The translations under genes were made by a program, and so were the position numbers. The notes below the pieces were generated by a model, which did no database searches, was not told the DNA's origin, and saw nothing but the letters and a program-made list of their open reading frames with translations. A stretch of 60,076 nt of DNA from the sequence record DRR723986_1737; one strand, given 5' to 3'. Each line of letters starts with the position of its first letter. Position 1 is the first letter of the stretch. Positions 19,796 to 30,042 of the stretch are shown here, one piece after another.

Positions 19796-20587
19796 ATGGA
19801 AATGCAAGGTAAAGTAGCTGTAGTAACAGGAGGCGCCTCGGGCCTCGGGCGCGCTACCGTGAAGCGCTTCGTCGCCAATGGCATGAAAGTCGCCATCTTT
19901 GATATGAACGAGGAGAAGGGTCAGGCGCTTGCGGCAGACCTGGGCGATTCGGCCATTTTCCAGAAGGTCAACGTCGCGGACGAAGAGTCAGTAAAGGCGG
20001 GGATCGAAGCGACCCTGTCGGCATTCGGTGCCATCCACGTCGACTGCAACTATGCCGGTATCGGCAACGCGATGCGGACCATGGGTAAAAACGGGCCGTT
20101 CCCGCTGGATGCCTTCAAGATGATCATCGATGTGAACCTGGTCGGCACCTTCAATGTGTTGCGCCTTTGCGCCGAGCAGATGGCCAAGAACGAACCGTTC
20201 AATAAGGACGGCGGGCGTGGCGTCATCATCAACACAGCTTCCGTGGCCGCCTACGAGGGCCAGATCGGCCAGGCAGCCTATTCCGCGTCCAAGGGCGGCG
20301 TTGTGGGCATGACCCTGCCGGTGGCACGTGACCTCGCCGTACTCGGTATTCGGGTCAACACCATTGTGCCCGGCCTGATCGCCACGCCGCTGATGATGGG
20401 CGGCGCCGAGGAACTGACTCCGGAGATCTGGGAATTCCTCAAGCCCCTGGGCAGCCAGGTACTGTTTCCCCAGCGTCTCGGCGACCCCGATGAAATCGCG
20501 CACCTGGCGCAGACCCTGGTCGAGAACGACTACATCAACGGTGAATGCATCCGCATGGACGGCGGCATCCGCATGCAGCCCAAGTAA
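19796..20587 (+). CDS. SDR, 3-hydroxyacyl-CoA dehydrogenase type II (HSD10-like)
   Basis: TGGASGLG, GQIGQAAYSASKGG, MTLPVARDL. AAGGAG RBS. Confidence 0.92.
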   Translation: MEMQGKVAVVTGGASGLGRATVKRFVANGMKVAIFDMNEEKGQALAADLGDSAIFQKVNVADEESVKAGIEATLSAFGAIHVDCNYAGIGNAMRTMGKNGPFPLDAFKMIIDVNLVGTFNVLRLCAEQMAKNEPFNKDGGRGVIINTASVAAYEGQIGQAAYSASKGGVVGMTLPVARDLAVLGIRVNTIVPGLIATPLMMGGAEELTPEIWEFLKPLGSQVLFPQRLGDPDEIAHLAQTLVENDYINGECIRMDGGIRMQPK

Positions 20588-20598
20588 GGAGTCCTGCC

Positions 20599-21732
20599 AT
20601 GGGGCCATTGAACGGATATACAGTCATTGAACTGGCGGGCATTGGCCCGGCACCGATGGGCGGCATGATTCTGGCGGATATGGGCGCCGAGGTGATTCGC
20701 ATCGAACGGGCGGGCGCTGCCGATCCGCGTCTCACCGAACGGGTCAGCGGACGAGGCAAGAAATCCGTGGTGTTAAACCTGAAGTCCGCGGAGGGTGTCG
20801 ATACCCTGCTGCGGATGGTGGAAAACGCCGATGTCCTGATCGATCCCTATCGCCCTGGCGTCTGCGAAAAACTCGGAATCGGCCCGGAGCAATGCCTGGC
20901 GCACAATCCCAAACTGGTCTTCGCCCGGATGACGGGCTGGGGCCAGGAAGGACCACTCGCCCAGGCGGCGGGCCACGATATCAATTACATCTCGATCACC
21001 GGCGCCCTTTACGCCATGGGGCGCAAGGGCGAGAAGCCGGTACCGCCACTGAACCTGGTTGGCGATATGGGTGGCGGCGGCATGCTGCTGGTGAACGGTG
21101 TGCTTGCAGCCCTGCTGGAGGCGGCCAATTCGGGCCAGGGCCAGGTGATCGATGCCGCTATGGTCGATGGTGCGGCCCAGCTGATGTGGATGTTCCACGG
21201 CTTTGAGTCAATCGGTGGTTGGGATGCCGATAATCGTGAGTCCAACCTGCTCGACGGCGGCGCGCATTTTTACGATACCTATGAGTGCGCGGATGGGGAG
21301 TACATCTCCATCGGCTCTATCGAGCCGCAGTTCTACGCGCTCCTCAAGGAGAAGGCCGGGCTGTCCGAGGACGAGTTCGGGGCCCAGAACGACCGCGACC
21401 AGTGGCCGGAGATGAAAGCCCGTATCAGCGCTGTCTTCCTGCAGAAAACCCAGGCCCAGTGGTGTGAGCTGATGGAGGGCACCGATGTCTGTTTCGCTCC
21501 GGTCCTCAAGTTCACCGATGCCCCCGGGCACCCCGCGAATGTAGCCCGCAAGACCTACATTGAACTTGACGGGTGCACCCAGCCGGCGCCGGCACCGCGC
21601 TTTAGCCGCACTCCCTCGGAGGTGGCCCACGCCACCCACGGACTGGGTGAGGATACCGATGCGGTGCTCAGCGCCATGGGTTTCGCCGAGCATGAAGTTG
21701 CCAGCCTGCGCGATTCCGGCGCCATTGGCTGA
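20599..21732 (+). CDS. CaiB/BaiF family protein, alpha-methylacyl-CoA racemase-like
   Basis: LAGIGP, GHDINY, NLVGDMGGG, LDGGAHFYDTY, PAPAPRFSRT. Confidence 0.9.
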   Translation: MGPLNGYTVIELAGIGPAPMGGMILADMGAEVIRIERAGAADPRLTERVSGRGKKSVVLNLKSAEGVDTLLRMVENADVLIDPYRPGVCEKLGIGPEQCLAHNPKLVFARMTGWGQEGPLAQAAGHDINYISITGALYAMGRKGEKPVPPLNLVGDMGGGGMLLVNGVLAALLEAANSGQGQVIDAAMVDGAAQLMWMFHGFESIGGWDADNRESNLLDGGAHFYDTYECADGEYISIGSIEPQFYALLKEKAGLSEDEFGAQNDRDQWPEMKARISAVFLQKTQAQWCELMEGTDVCFAPVLKFTDAPGHPANVARKTYIELDGCTQPAPAPRFSRTPSEVAHATHGLGEDTDAVLSAMGFAEHEVASLRDSGAIG

Positions 21733-21757
21733 GATTGCGACCCAACGGAGAGCGGGA

Positions 21758-22546
21758 ATGACGAATTACCAGACCATAGAGATTGCGCGAACCGGAAACG
21801 TGGCGCTACTCAGCTTTAATCGGCCCGACAACCTGAATGCCTTTGATACCACCATGCGGCGCGAGTTCGTCAGCGCTGCGCGTGAGGTGAATAAGGATGA
21901 GGGGATTCGGGCGGTCGTATTGACGGGTTTGGGGCGGGCATTCAGCGCCGGCGCAGACCTGGCCGAGGATGGCGGCATTATGGACGGCCAGCTTACCGAG
22001 GACATGCTGAACCAGGATTACAAGCCGGGTCTGCTAGCCATCAGTGACGCGCCCAAGCCCTGGATCAGTGCGGTCAACGGCCCCTGCGCCGGAATCGGTA
22101 CAGCTTACGCCATGGCCTGCGACCTGATGCTCATGGCAGACAATGCGTTTCTCTACCAGGCATTCGCTGCCATCGGTCTGGTTCCGGACGGCGGAGCTAC
22201 CTGGCAGCTGGCCCGGACCCTGGGCCGCAAGCGAGCCTATGAACTGATTGTCACGGGTGAGAAATTGCCAGCGGTTCGCTGCGCAGAATTGGGCCTGTGC
22301 AACCGGGTGGTACCCGCGGATGAACTGGTCGACCAGGCCACCGCCTGGGCCGCGGAAATCGCCGGCAAGGCCCCACTGGCCATGCGCTATGCCAAGGAGT
22401 CGCTCAACTTTGCCATGGAGCACAGCCTGGGCGACGTCATTTCGAATGAGGCGCGGCTGCAGCACATCTGCGTCGACAGCGAGGATGCCCGCGAGGGCGG
22501 CCTGGCCTTCCTGCAAAAGCGCAAACCGGAATTCAAGGGGCGCTAA
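21758..22546 (+). CDS. Enoyl-CoA hydratase/isomerase family protein
   Basis: FNRPDNLNA, AFSAGADL, GLVPDGG. Confidence 0.92.
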   Translation: MTNYQTIEIARTGNVALLSFNRPDNLNAFDTTMRREFVSAAREVNKDEGIRAVVLTGLGRAFSAGADLAEDGGIMDGQLTEDMLNQDYKPGLLAISDAPKPWISAVNGPCAGIGTAYAMACDLMLMADNAFLYQAFAAIGLVPDGGATWQLARTLGRKRAYELIVTGEKLPAVRCAELGLCNRVVPADELVDQATAWAAEIAGKAPLAMRYAKESLNFAMEHSLGDVISNEARLQHICVDSEDAREGGLAFLQKRKPEFKGR

Positions 22547-22609
22547 TCGACCCTGTTATCGCCCGGTGACGCGGGCTATAGTACCGCCTCATTCGACTGG
22601 AGCGATGGC

Positions 22610-24151
22610 ATGAGCGATGAGCTGCGCCCGGAACTGGAGGCGCTCAACGAACGCCTCGAGCGCACCCTCGACCCTGCCAGGGCCGATGCCGCCGAGCGGC
22701 GTCATGCGCGTGGCTATCGCACCGCTCGTGAAAATCTCGCCGACCTGGTCGACCCGGATAGCTTTGTCGAATACGGCCAGCTGGCTGTCGCCGCCCAGCG
22801 CAGCCGCCGCGATTACGAGGAACTGCAGTCCGCTACCGCGGCGGATGGCATCCTGACCGGCCTGTGCAGCATTAACGCCGCTACCGCCGGAGAGCAAAAC
22901 AGCCGAGCTGCCGTGATCATCAATGACTATGCGGTGCTCGCCGGAACCCAGGGTTTCTTCCACCACCGCAAGCTCGACCGCCTCTGCGAGCTGGCCGGGC
23001 GGCTTCGGCTGCCGGTCGTCATGTATACCGAAGGTGGGGGTGGTCGTCCGGGTGACACTGATGTTACGACCCAGATTGCCGGCCTTAATGTTCCGTCATT
23101 CACCGCCTGGGCGCGCCTTGCCGGCAAAGTACCGCGCATTGCGGTAAACAACGGTTACTGCTTCGCCGGCAACGCGGCACTGTTTGGCTGTGCCGACTTC
23201 AGGATTGCCACCCGCAACTCCTGGATCGGTATGGCGGGCCCGGCCATGATTGAGGGAGGTGGCCTCGGGCGCCACGAGGCGACCGAGATCGGGCCGATCA
23301 AGGTGCAGGAGCGCAACGGGGTTGTCGATATCGTCGCCGAGGACGAGGCTCATGCTACCGCTCTGGCCCGCCAGCTACTGGGCTATTTTCAGGGGCCGGT
23401 TGCGAGCTGGGACTGCGATGAGCAGGCGGTTCTGCGCGATATTGTTCCCCTGGACCGGCGCTGGGCCTACCCGGTGCGCCGTATCATCGAGACCCTGGCG
23501 GACAAGGGAAGTTTCCTGGAGCTGCAGCGAGTGTTCGGACGCAGTATCATCACCGGCTTTATCCGCCTGGAAGGGCGGCCGGTAGCGCTGCTGGCGAACG
23601 ACTGTCAGCAGCTGGGCGGGGCAGTGGATTCTGAAGCGTCTGAAAAGGCCGCTCGATTCCTGCGCATCTGCGATGCCTTCGGTCTGCCTGTGTTGTCGCT
23701 CACCGATACGCCGGGCTTCATGGTAGGCCCGGCCAGTGAAGAGCAGGGTGCAGTGCGGCGCATGTCATCATTGTTCCTGGCTGGGGCTTCCCTGCAGGTG
23801 CCGGTGGTCGCTATCTTCCTGCGCAAAGGCTATGGCCTGGGTGCCATGGCCATGGTTGGCGGCAGTTTTGCCGACCCGGTTTATGCAGCTTCCTGGCCTA
23901 CCGGCGAATTCGGCGGCATGGGTCTGGAGGGAGCGGTGCGGCTTGGCTTCAGGAAAGAGCTGGAGGCGGAGTCGGACCCGGATGAGCGTGCAGCGCTGTT
24001 TGATCGCCTGGTTGCTCGCATGTACGACATTGGCAAGGCGACGGAAGCGGCCGCGCATCTGGAGATCGATGCGGTGATCGACCCTGCTGCGACCCGGGAT
24101 GTCGTGATCAAGGCGCTGGCAAGTGCCGGGGCGCATCCCGGCGACTGTTAA
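22610..24151 (+). CDS. Acyl-CoA carboxylase carboxyltransferase (stand-alone)
   Basis: TARENL, DYAVLAGTQG, EGGGGRPGD, DTPGFMVG, RKGYGLG. No biotin carboxylase or biotinyl domain present. Confidence 0.88.
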   Translation: MSDELRPELEALNERLERTLDPARADAAERRHARGYRTARENLADLVDPDSFVEYGQLAVAAQRSRRDYEELQSATAADGILTGLCSINAATAGEQNSRAAVIINDYAVLAGTQGFFHHRKLDRLCELAGRLRLPVVMYTEGGGGRPGDTDVTTQIAGLNVPSFTAWARLAGKVPRIAVNNGYCFAGNAALFGCADFRIATRNSWIGMAGPAMIEGGGLGRHEATEIGPIKVQERNGVVDIVAEDEAHATALARQLLGYFQGPVASWDCDEQAVLRDIVPLDRRWAYPVRRIIETLADKGSFLELQRVFGRSIITGFIRLEGRPVALLANDCQQLGGAVDSEASEKAARFLRICDAFGLPVLSLTDTPGFMVGPASEEQGAVRRMSSLFLAGASLQVPVVAIFLRKGYGLGAMAMVGGSFADPVYAASWPTGEFGGMGLEGAVRLGFRKELEAESDPDERAALFDRLVARMYDIGKATEAAAHLEIDAVIDPAATRDVVIKALASAGAHPGDC

Positions 24152-24188
24152 TTCAAGCAGCATGAAATCATAAGAAGAGGAACACCCC

Positions 24189-26066
24189 ATGAAATATCCC
24201 GCTATTTGCCTGCTGGCTACCCTGGGCGCCCTGGCGACGCCGGAAGTCCTGGCACAGAAGCAGCTGCTGTGGGGTGACACCCACCTGCACAGCACCTATT
24301 CCTCGGATGCGTTCGCCAATAACAACCTGCGCGCCGACCCGGAAACCGCATTCCGTTACGCCAGCGGCTTGCCGGTGGTGCATCCCTACCACCAGGCAAG
24401 AGTGCAGATAGAGACACCACTGGATTTCCTGGTGGTATCGGATCACGCGGAGTTTCTCGGTGTGATCCGCCACACCTATTTCAACGGTCCCGATACCAGC
24501 AGCGTCGGTTTGGTCGACAGCCTTAAAGCAGAACTTGCCGGCTGGGTACTGCAACGTGCAGTTAGCAAGGGAGAAGGTCGCAGCTTGTTTGTCGGCGTGC
24601 TGCCGGAGGCTGAGAGCCCGCGCGAAGCGGCCCAGCGTATCCTGGAAGAGGGTGTGCCGGTGGGCTGGCTGCCGCCGATGCCGCAGGTTGAAATCGACAC
24701 CTGGAACCAGATCACCGATATTGCCGAGCGCTACAATGATCCGGGCAACTTTACTGCCTTGATCGGCTGGGAATGGAGTTCAATCCCGGGCGGCGCCAAC
24801 CTGCACCGGATCGTGATCACCAGCACCGATGCCAGGACGGCGCAGACCTTCCAGCCCTTCGGCCTGGATGATAGTCCTTTCCCCGAGGACCTGTGGGCCT
24901 GGCTGGAGGAAACCAGCGCCGAGACCGGGGCAGATTTTATCGCCATTCCGCATAACTCCAATATTTCCAAGGGCTATATGTTCGATACCACCAGCCTGCG
25001 CGGGGACGCCATCGATGCGGACTATGCCGCGCGCCGGATGAAGTGGGAGCGGGTGGCGGAGATCACCCAGATCAAGGGAGACTCGGAGACGCATCCCGAC
25101 CTGTCTCCGGATGATCCGTTCGCCGACTTTGAGACCTACCCGTTTTATATCCAGCGCGAGACAACGCCGTACACGCCGGAACAGGGCGACTACCTGCGTC
25201 CGGCCCTGCGTCGCGGCCTGGCACTGGAGCGCGAAGCCGGAGTCAATCCGTACCAGTTCGGCCTGATTGGCTCCACTGATTCCCATACCGCGATGGCCTC
25301 GGCGGAGGAGGATAATTTCCACGGCAAGCTGGCTACCGACTCGATTCCGGCCAATAAGCAGAACCAGTGGGGTAAGAACAACAGTGTCTCTGGCTGGGAT
25401 ATGTCGGCCTCCGGGCTGGCCGCTGTGTGGGCGGAAGACAACAGCCGGGAATCGATTCTCGCCGCGATGAAGCGGCGCGAAGTCTATGCGACCAGCGGGC
25501 CGCGCATTGGCGTACAGTTTTTTGCGGGCTGGGGTTTGAGTGAGGCGGATACCGGTGCCGACAATCTCTACACCCAGGCGACGAGCGTCGGTGTGCCCAT
25601 GGGTGGCGAACTGCACGCTACCGGGGACGGTGCTTCTGCTCTGGGCTTTATCGTCCAGGCCACGCGCGACCCGGTTGGTGCCAACCTGGATCGGGTACAG
25701 ATCGTAAAGGGCTGGATTGATGCCGAGGGAGAGACGCACGAGAAGGTCTTCGACGTCGTCTGGAGTGGCGAGGGCAGGGAGCTGGCCGATGGTGGCCTGG
25801 CCCCGGTCGGCAACACCGTCGACAGTACCCGGGCAAGCTACACCAATGATATCGGCGCCCCCCAACTGCTGGCGGCCTGGCAGGATCCGGAGTTCGACCC
25901 GGGCCAGTCGGCGTTTTACTACGCTCGCGTGCTGCAGATCCCGACGCCACGCCACTCGCTGTACGATGCACTTGCCCTGCAGGTCGAACATGCCGGGGAC
26001 AAGCCCGATTCAATCCAGGAGCGAGCCTATACCTCGCCCATCTGGTATCACGCATCGCCAAAATAA
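24189..26066 (+). CDS. DUF3604 family secreted PHP-like metallo-hydrolase
   Basis: Signal peptide; WGDTHLHS, SDHAE, IPHNSN, GSTDSH, EVYATSG, QERAYTSPIW. Confidence 0.85.
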   Translation: MKYPAICLLATLGALATPEVLAQKQLLWGDTHLHSTYSSDAFANNNLRADPETAFRYASGLPVVHPYHQARVQIETPLDFLVVSDHAEFLGVIRHTYFNGPDTSSVGLVDSLKAELAGWVLQRAVSKGEGRSLFVGVLPEAESPREAAQRILEEGVPVGWLPPMPQVEIDTWNQITDIAERYNDPGNFTALIGWEWSSIPGGANLHRIVITSTDARTAQTFQPFGLDDSPFPEDLWAWLEETSAETGADFIAIPHNSNISKGYMFDTTSLRGDAIDADYAARRMKWERVAEITQIKGDSETHPDLSPDDPFADFETYPFYIQRETTPYTPEQGDYLRPALRRGLALEREAGVNPYQFGLIGSTDSHTAMASAEEDNFHGKLATDSIPANKQNQWGKNNSVSGWDMSASGLAAVWAEDNSRESILAAMKRREVYATSGPRIGVQFFAGWGLSEADTGADNLYTQATSVGVPMGGELHATGDGASALGFIVQATRDPVGANLDRVQIVKGWIDAEGETHEKVFDVVWSGEGRELADGGLAPVGNTVDSTRASYTNDIGAPQLLAAWQDPEFDPGQSAFYYARVLQIPTPRHSLYDALALQVEHAGDKPDSIQERAYTSPIWYHASPK

Positions 26067-26089
26067 TCTGTCATAGCTAGGAGCTCGAT

Positions 26090-26857
26090 ATGCAAAATCT
26101 GTTTAACCTGCAGGGCAAGGTCGCCGTAGTCACCGGGGGGTCACGTGGCATCGGCGCGATGATTGCCCGGGGATTTGTCGAAAACGGCGTAAAAACCTAT
26201 ATCACATCACGCAAGGTGGAAGAGTTGCAGGAAGCCCAGGCCCAGTTGAGCGAGTTGGGTGAATGTGTGGCCATCCCCTCGAACCTGGCTACCCTGGAGG
26301 GTGTTGAGGCCTTCGCTGCAGCGGTCGCAGAGCGCGAGCCTCGGCTGGATATCCTGGTCAATAATGCCGGCGCCAGCTGGGGCGCTTCCATCGACGAGTT
26401 TCCCGAGGTTGGCTGGGACAAGATCATGGACCTGAATGTGAAGTCACTGTTTTTCCTCACCCAGAAACTGCTGCCCGTGCTGCGCAGTGCGGGAAGCGCT
26501 GAGGATCCCTCCCGGGTTATCAATATCGGGTCGATCAACGGGTTGACCTACGCCCCCTTGCAGAACTATTCCTATGTTGCCAGCAAGGCCGCTGTGCACC
26601 ACCTCAGCCGGCAGATGGCCACTGATCTGGCGGCGGATCACGTCAATGTCAACGCGATCGCCCCCGGATTTTTCCCCAGCAAGATGACCGCCCACATGCT
26701 GGAGCACGAGGACGAAATGGTTAAGGATATTCCGCTCGGACGTCTCGGCACGCCCGAAGACGCTGCCGGTACAGCAATCTACCTGTGTTCCCGGGCGAGT
26801 GCCTGGGTGACCGGGCACGTGCTGGTGCTCGATGGCGGTCAGGCAGTATCGGCTTGA
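26090..26857 (+). CDS. SDR oxidoreductase (RhlG-like)
   Basis: TGGSRGIG, NNAGASWG, YVASK, APGFFPSKMT. Confidence 0.92.
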   Translation: MQNLFNLQGKVAVVTGGSRGIGAMIARGFVENGVKTYITSRKVEELQEAQAQLSELGECVAIPSNLATLEGVEAFAAAVAEREPRLDILVNNAGASWGASIDEFPEVGWDKIMDLNVKSLFFLTQKLLPVLRSAGSAEDPSRVINIGSINGLTYAPLQNYSYVASKAAVHHLSRQMATDLAADHVNVNAIAPGFFPSKMTAHMLEHEDEMVKDIPLGRLGTPEDAAGTAIYLCSRASAWVTGHVLVLDGGQAVSA

Positions 26858-26982
26858 GTACGAAACTCGCGGTCGCCGAGTAGTATGGCATCGCCACACG
26901 ACGCCTGGGTGCATTGCCGGGTGGCGCTTAGCGCGGCCGGCGGTGCAGCTCGGGCGCTGATCCGTAAGGCGGTAGGCGGCGG

Positions 26983-27798
26983 CTAGGCCGGCTTCGGGTA
27001 GGCTGCCTTCAGCCGTTCCAGGCGCCGTTCGAGCAAGGGCCAGAAATCCGGGTGTGAGAACAGGTAGAACTGCTCATTCTCCACGCCTTGCACCACGAGT
27101 TCGGCGATCTCTTCCGGGTGCAGGCCCTCTTTCTCAATGACCTCGGCAATCTGCTGGCTGAAGCTGGATTCACCGGCAGGCCGGTCGTCACCATCGGGGT
27201 GATTCCGGCGGCTGTCGTTGATCCGTGTCTTCACCCAGGCGGGACAGAGTACGGAAACGCCGATCGCGGAATCCACAAGCTCCGCTTCCAGGGTTTCCGA
27301 GTAGCCGACCACGGCGAACTTGGTGGCTGTATAGGAGCCCATCCCGGCATTGGCGAGGAAGCCGGCCATCGAGGCGGTGTTGACTATGTGGCAGGACTCG
27401 CCGGAAGCACGCATGGCAGGAAGAAAGCATTCCACTCCGTAAACCACGCCCATGAGATTGACTTCTACCGTCCAGCGCCAGTCGTCGATACTGCCATTGC
27501 CAGCCAGGCCGCCGCTGCCGACGCCGGCATTGTTGAACAGGAAGTTGACTCGCCCATGTCGCGCCAGCACGTCGCTGGCGGTTTGCCGGTAGGCCGCCAA
27601 GTCACTGACGTCCAGGACTGACGTTTCGATAAGCGAGCCGTGCCGGGCGAGTTTTTCCGCTGCCTCGGCCAGGGCGTCCGCCTCGATATCCGCCAGTATC
27701 AGGGTCATGCCGCGTTCAGCCATGGCCTCGGCGACCGCGAAGCCGATGCCGCTCGCCCCGCCCGTGATGAAGCCCACCTTGCCTGGGAAATCTCTCAT
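26983..27798 (-). CDS. SDR oxidoreductase
   Basis: TGGASGIG, NNAG, NTASMAG, YTATK. Confidence 0.92.
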   Translation of the reverse strand: MRDFPGKVGFITGGASGIGFAVAEAMAERGMTLILADIEADALAEAAEKLARHGSLIETSVLDVSDLAAYRQTASDVLARHGRVNFLFNNAGVGSGGLAGNGSIDDWRWTVEVNLMGVVYGVECFLPAMRASGESCHIVNTASMAGFLANAGMGSYTATKFAVVGYSETLEAELVDSAIGVSVLCPAWVKTRINDSRRNHPDGDDRPAGESSFSQQIAEVIEKEGLHPEEIAELVVQGVENEQFYLFSHPDFWPLLERRLERLKAAYPKPA

Positions 27799-27835
27799 GC
27801 CATGTCGCTCCGCGTGTTATGTGCCGTGCTGGCGG

Positions 27836-29047
27836 TCATTGCGCTTCCGCATCGACGGCGGCCTGCACCGAGGCATAGAACGCCTCGCGCTGCGCCGCTA
27901 ACTGCGGATCAGTCGCGGTTGGCCAATTGCCATTGCTGGCAATCACCAGCTTGCGCGTCGGGTCGATAAAAATCCCCTGGCCAAAAATGCCCTGGGCCGC
28001 GAAACTGCCGCTGTCGTAGGTCCACCACTGGTATCCGTAGCCACGTCCGGGGCGATCAATGTCCGCTTGCCGACTGCCGGCACTGGCGAACCAGCCTTCC
28101 GGTACCACCGCTTGGCCGTCGATCAGGCCGCCCTCAAGGGCGAACTGTCCGAACAGGGCATAGTCCTGCAGTCTGGCCGAGATACAGCAGCCCCCGATTT
28201 CCGATCCGCCCGAATTGAGCATCCACGCGGCGTCCGCATGCATGCCGTAAGGACGCCAGATCTTTTCCGACAGGTACTCGGCCAGGGTCTTGCCGGTCGC
28301 ATTGGCTACCAGTACGCCGATCAGGTTGGTTTCCCCGGTGTTGTAGCGCCAGTGGGTACCCGGTTCGAACTCCCGGTCGAGGGTGCGCATGTAGACAACA
28401 ATCGGGTCGAGTCCGTCCTCCGGTTCCGCTGCGAGAAACTGAGCCACGTCTGATTCCGGGTCATCGTAGTCTTCGTTCCAGCGCACGCCCGACTGCATGG
28501 TCAGCAACTGCCGGATCGTCACTCCGTCGTAACCACTGCCCGCCAGTCCCGGCAGGTAGTCGGTCAGCGGCGCATCGAGGCTCTCGATGTAACCGTCCTG
28601 GATAGCGGCGCCCACGAGGGTAGAGGTCAGCGACTTGGCTACTGAAAACGACGTCCAGCGGCCCTCGGCGTCATAGTTGTTATAGGCTTCCAGACGAATA
28701 CGACCATCCTGGATTACCACGACCCCGGCAGCATTCTGGTTGCTGAGATACTGGTCAACCGAGACCGCCTCGACTGCCGGTAATAGCTCGACGGCCAGCG
28801 GCTCCCCCTGGCTAAGGGGATACTTCTGTGATCCGGCGGCGACGGTATGGTTGGCTGCCAGCCTCTCCATCTGACGGAAAGCCTTGTCACGCTGAGGTAC
28901 TGTCCAGAACAGGATATCGGCATTAGTGGGCAGTCCAACAAGCCAGGCGTAACCCAGGCGGACCTGTTCGCAGCCGCCTAGCAGGCTGACAGATAGCAGG
29001 ATGGCGAACACGGAGCCCGCCCGATAGGGGTGTCGCATGACAGTCAC
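27836..29047 (-). CDS. Serine hydrolase, beta-lactamase/NylB-like; possible lipoprotein
   Basis: SVAKS (SxxK), YNT, LLTMQSG, YGYQWW; LGGC lipobox-like signal. Confidence 0.88.
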   Translation of the reverse strand: MTVMRHPYRAGSVFAILLSVSLLGGCEQVRLGYAWLVGLPTNADILFWTVPQRDKAFRQMERLAANHTVAAGSQKYPLSQGEPLAVELLPAVEAVSVDQYLSNQNAAGVVVIQDGRIRLEAYNNYDAEGRWTSFSVAKSLTSTLVGAAIQDGYIESLDAPLTDYLPGLAGSGYDGVTIRQLLTMQSGVRWNEDYDDPESDVAQFLAAEPEDGLDPIVVYMRTLDREFEPGTHWRYNTGETNLIGVLVANATGKTLAEYLSEKIWRPYGMHADAAWMLNSGGSEIGGCCISARLQDYALFGQFALEGGLIDGQAVVPEGWFASAGSRQADIDRPGRGYGYQWWTYDSGSFAAQGIFGQGIFIDPTRKLVIASNGNWPTATDPQLAAQREAFYASVQAAVDAEAQ

Positions 29048-29245
29048 CTCGGGGATCGTCGTTGCTGCCGGGTGGGCAATGTAATGCGACCAACCCTGGC
29101 AGGGGGGAATCTTTGGCGCGCATTGTAAGGGTTCATCGGCGGAATATCGAACTGCGACGGGTTCGGCCAGTGGCCATTAACCTGCTGCCGAACATGCAGT
29201 GTAGACCCAGAAGCCTGTTGCTGCACGGCGGCTCGCTGGAAAATA

Positions 29246-29269
29246 CCCGATAATTAAGCCATTATCGGG
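29246..29269. promoter_or_regulatory. Palindromic operator-like site
   Basis: CCCGATAAT-TAAGCC-ATTATCGGG with 9-bp perfect arms, in the divergent intergenic region. Confidence 0.45.
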
Positions 29270-29324
29270 CGCGTCGGGGTGCCAGGTGTGTGGGGCAATC
29301 GTTGAGGCCAAGGGTGAGGAGGCA

Positions 29325-30020
29325 ATGAGCAGAATGTCCTGCAGCGGGTCACAGGCCGGGGCCGGGTGGGTCCGGGCCTTGTTGTGCCTGGTACTGATGG
29401 CGCTGGTTCCTGTGCCCGGTGCAATCGCCAGTGAAGAGCATGCGCACCATTCGCACCACGCGATGCCCGCCGCCGCAAGCGACGACATCATTGGCCTGCA
29501 ACTGAATGATTTTGAGCTGCTTGATCATCGCGGGGAGTTGCACCGGCTGTATCGCTACCAGGACGCTCCCGCTGTTGTCATCATGACCCAGGGTAACGGC
29601 TGTCCAATCGTGCGCAATGCGATGCCGGTGTTTGCGCAAGTGCGGGAGAACTTTCGCACCAGCGGTGTCGAGTTTTTACTGCTGAACTCCAATTTGCAGG
29701 ATAACGCAGAGACAGTCGCCCGGGAGGTCCGGGATTTCGGCTGGGATTTCCCGGTACTGCTGGACCAGCAGCAGCAGGTGGGCACAGCTTTGCGGGTAAC
29801 ACGTACCGCCGAGATATTCGTGATCGACACCCGGGATTGGCGGCTTGTTTATCATGGGCCGGTCGATGACCGGCTGAGTTACCAGGTGCAGCGCGCTGAG
29901 GCCAGGCACACCTATCTAGCGGATGCCCTCGATGCCGTTCTGGCCGGTGAGCCTGTCCCTGTCGCACAGGTCGATGCGCCCGGTTGTATCGTGAACTTTC
30001 CGGCGGGCGCGCAACACTGA
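29325..30020 (+). CDS. Secreted redoxin (AhpC/TSA, Prx-like) with His-rich N-terminus
   Basis: GAGGAGG RBS, signal peptide, HAHHSHH, GNGCPIV, YHGPVDD, C-terminal GC. Confidence 0.82.
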   Translation: MSRMSCSGSQAGAGWVRALLCLVLMALVPVPGAIASEEHAHHSHHAMPAAASDDIIGLQLNDFELLDHRGELHRLYRYQDAPAVVIMTQGNGCPIVRNAMPVFAQVRENFRTSGVEFLLLNSNLQDNAETVAREVRDFGWDFPVLLDQQQQVGTALRVTRTAEIFVIDTRDWRLVYHGPVDDRLSYQVQRAEARHTYLADALDAVLAGEPVPVAQVDAPGCIVNFPAGAQH

Positions 30021-30042
30021 GCAAATACCCCAAGGCTGCTGG

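Noticed and set aside
27836-29047. Possible beta-lactam resistance gene
   Set aside because: It has the SxxK fold, but its motifs fit the broad esterase/amidase (NylB-like) group. Nothing supports a true beta-lactamase.
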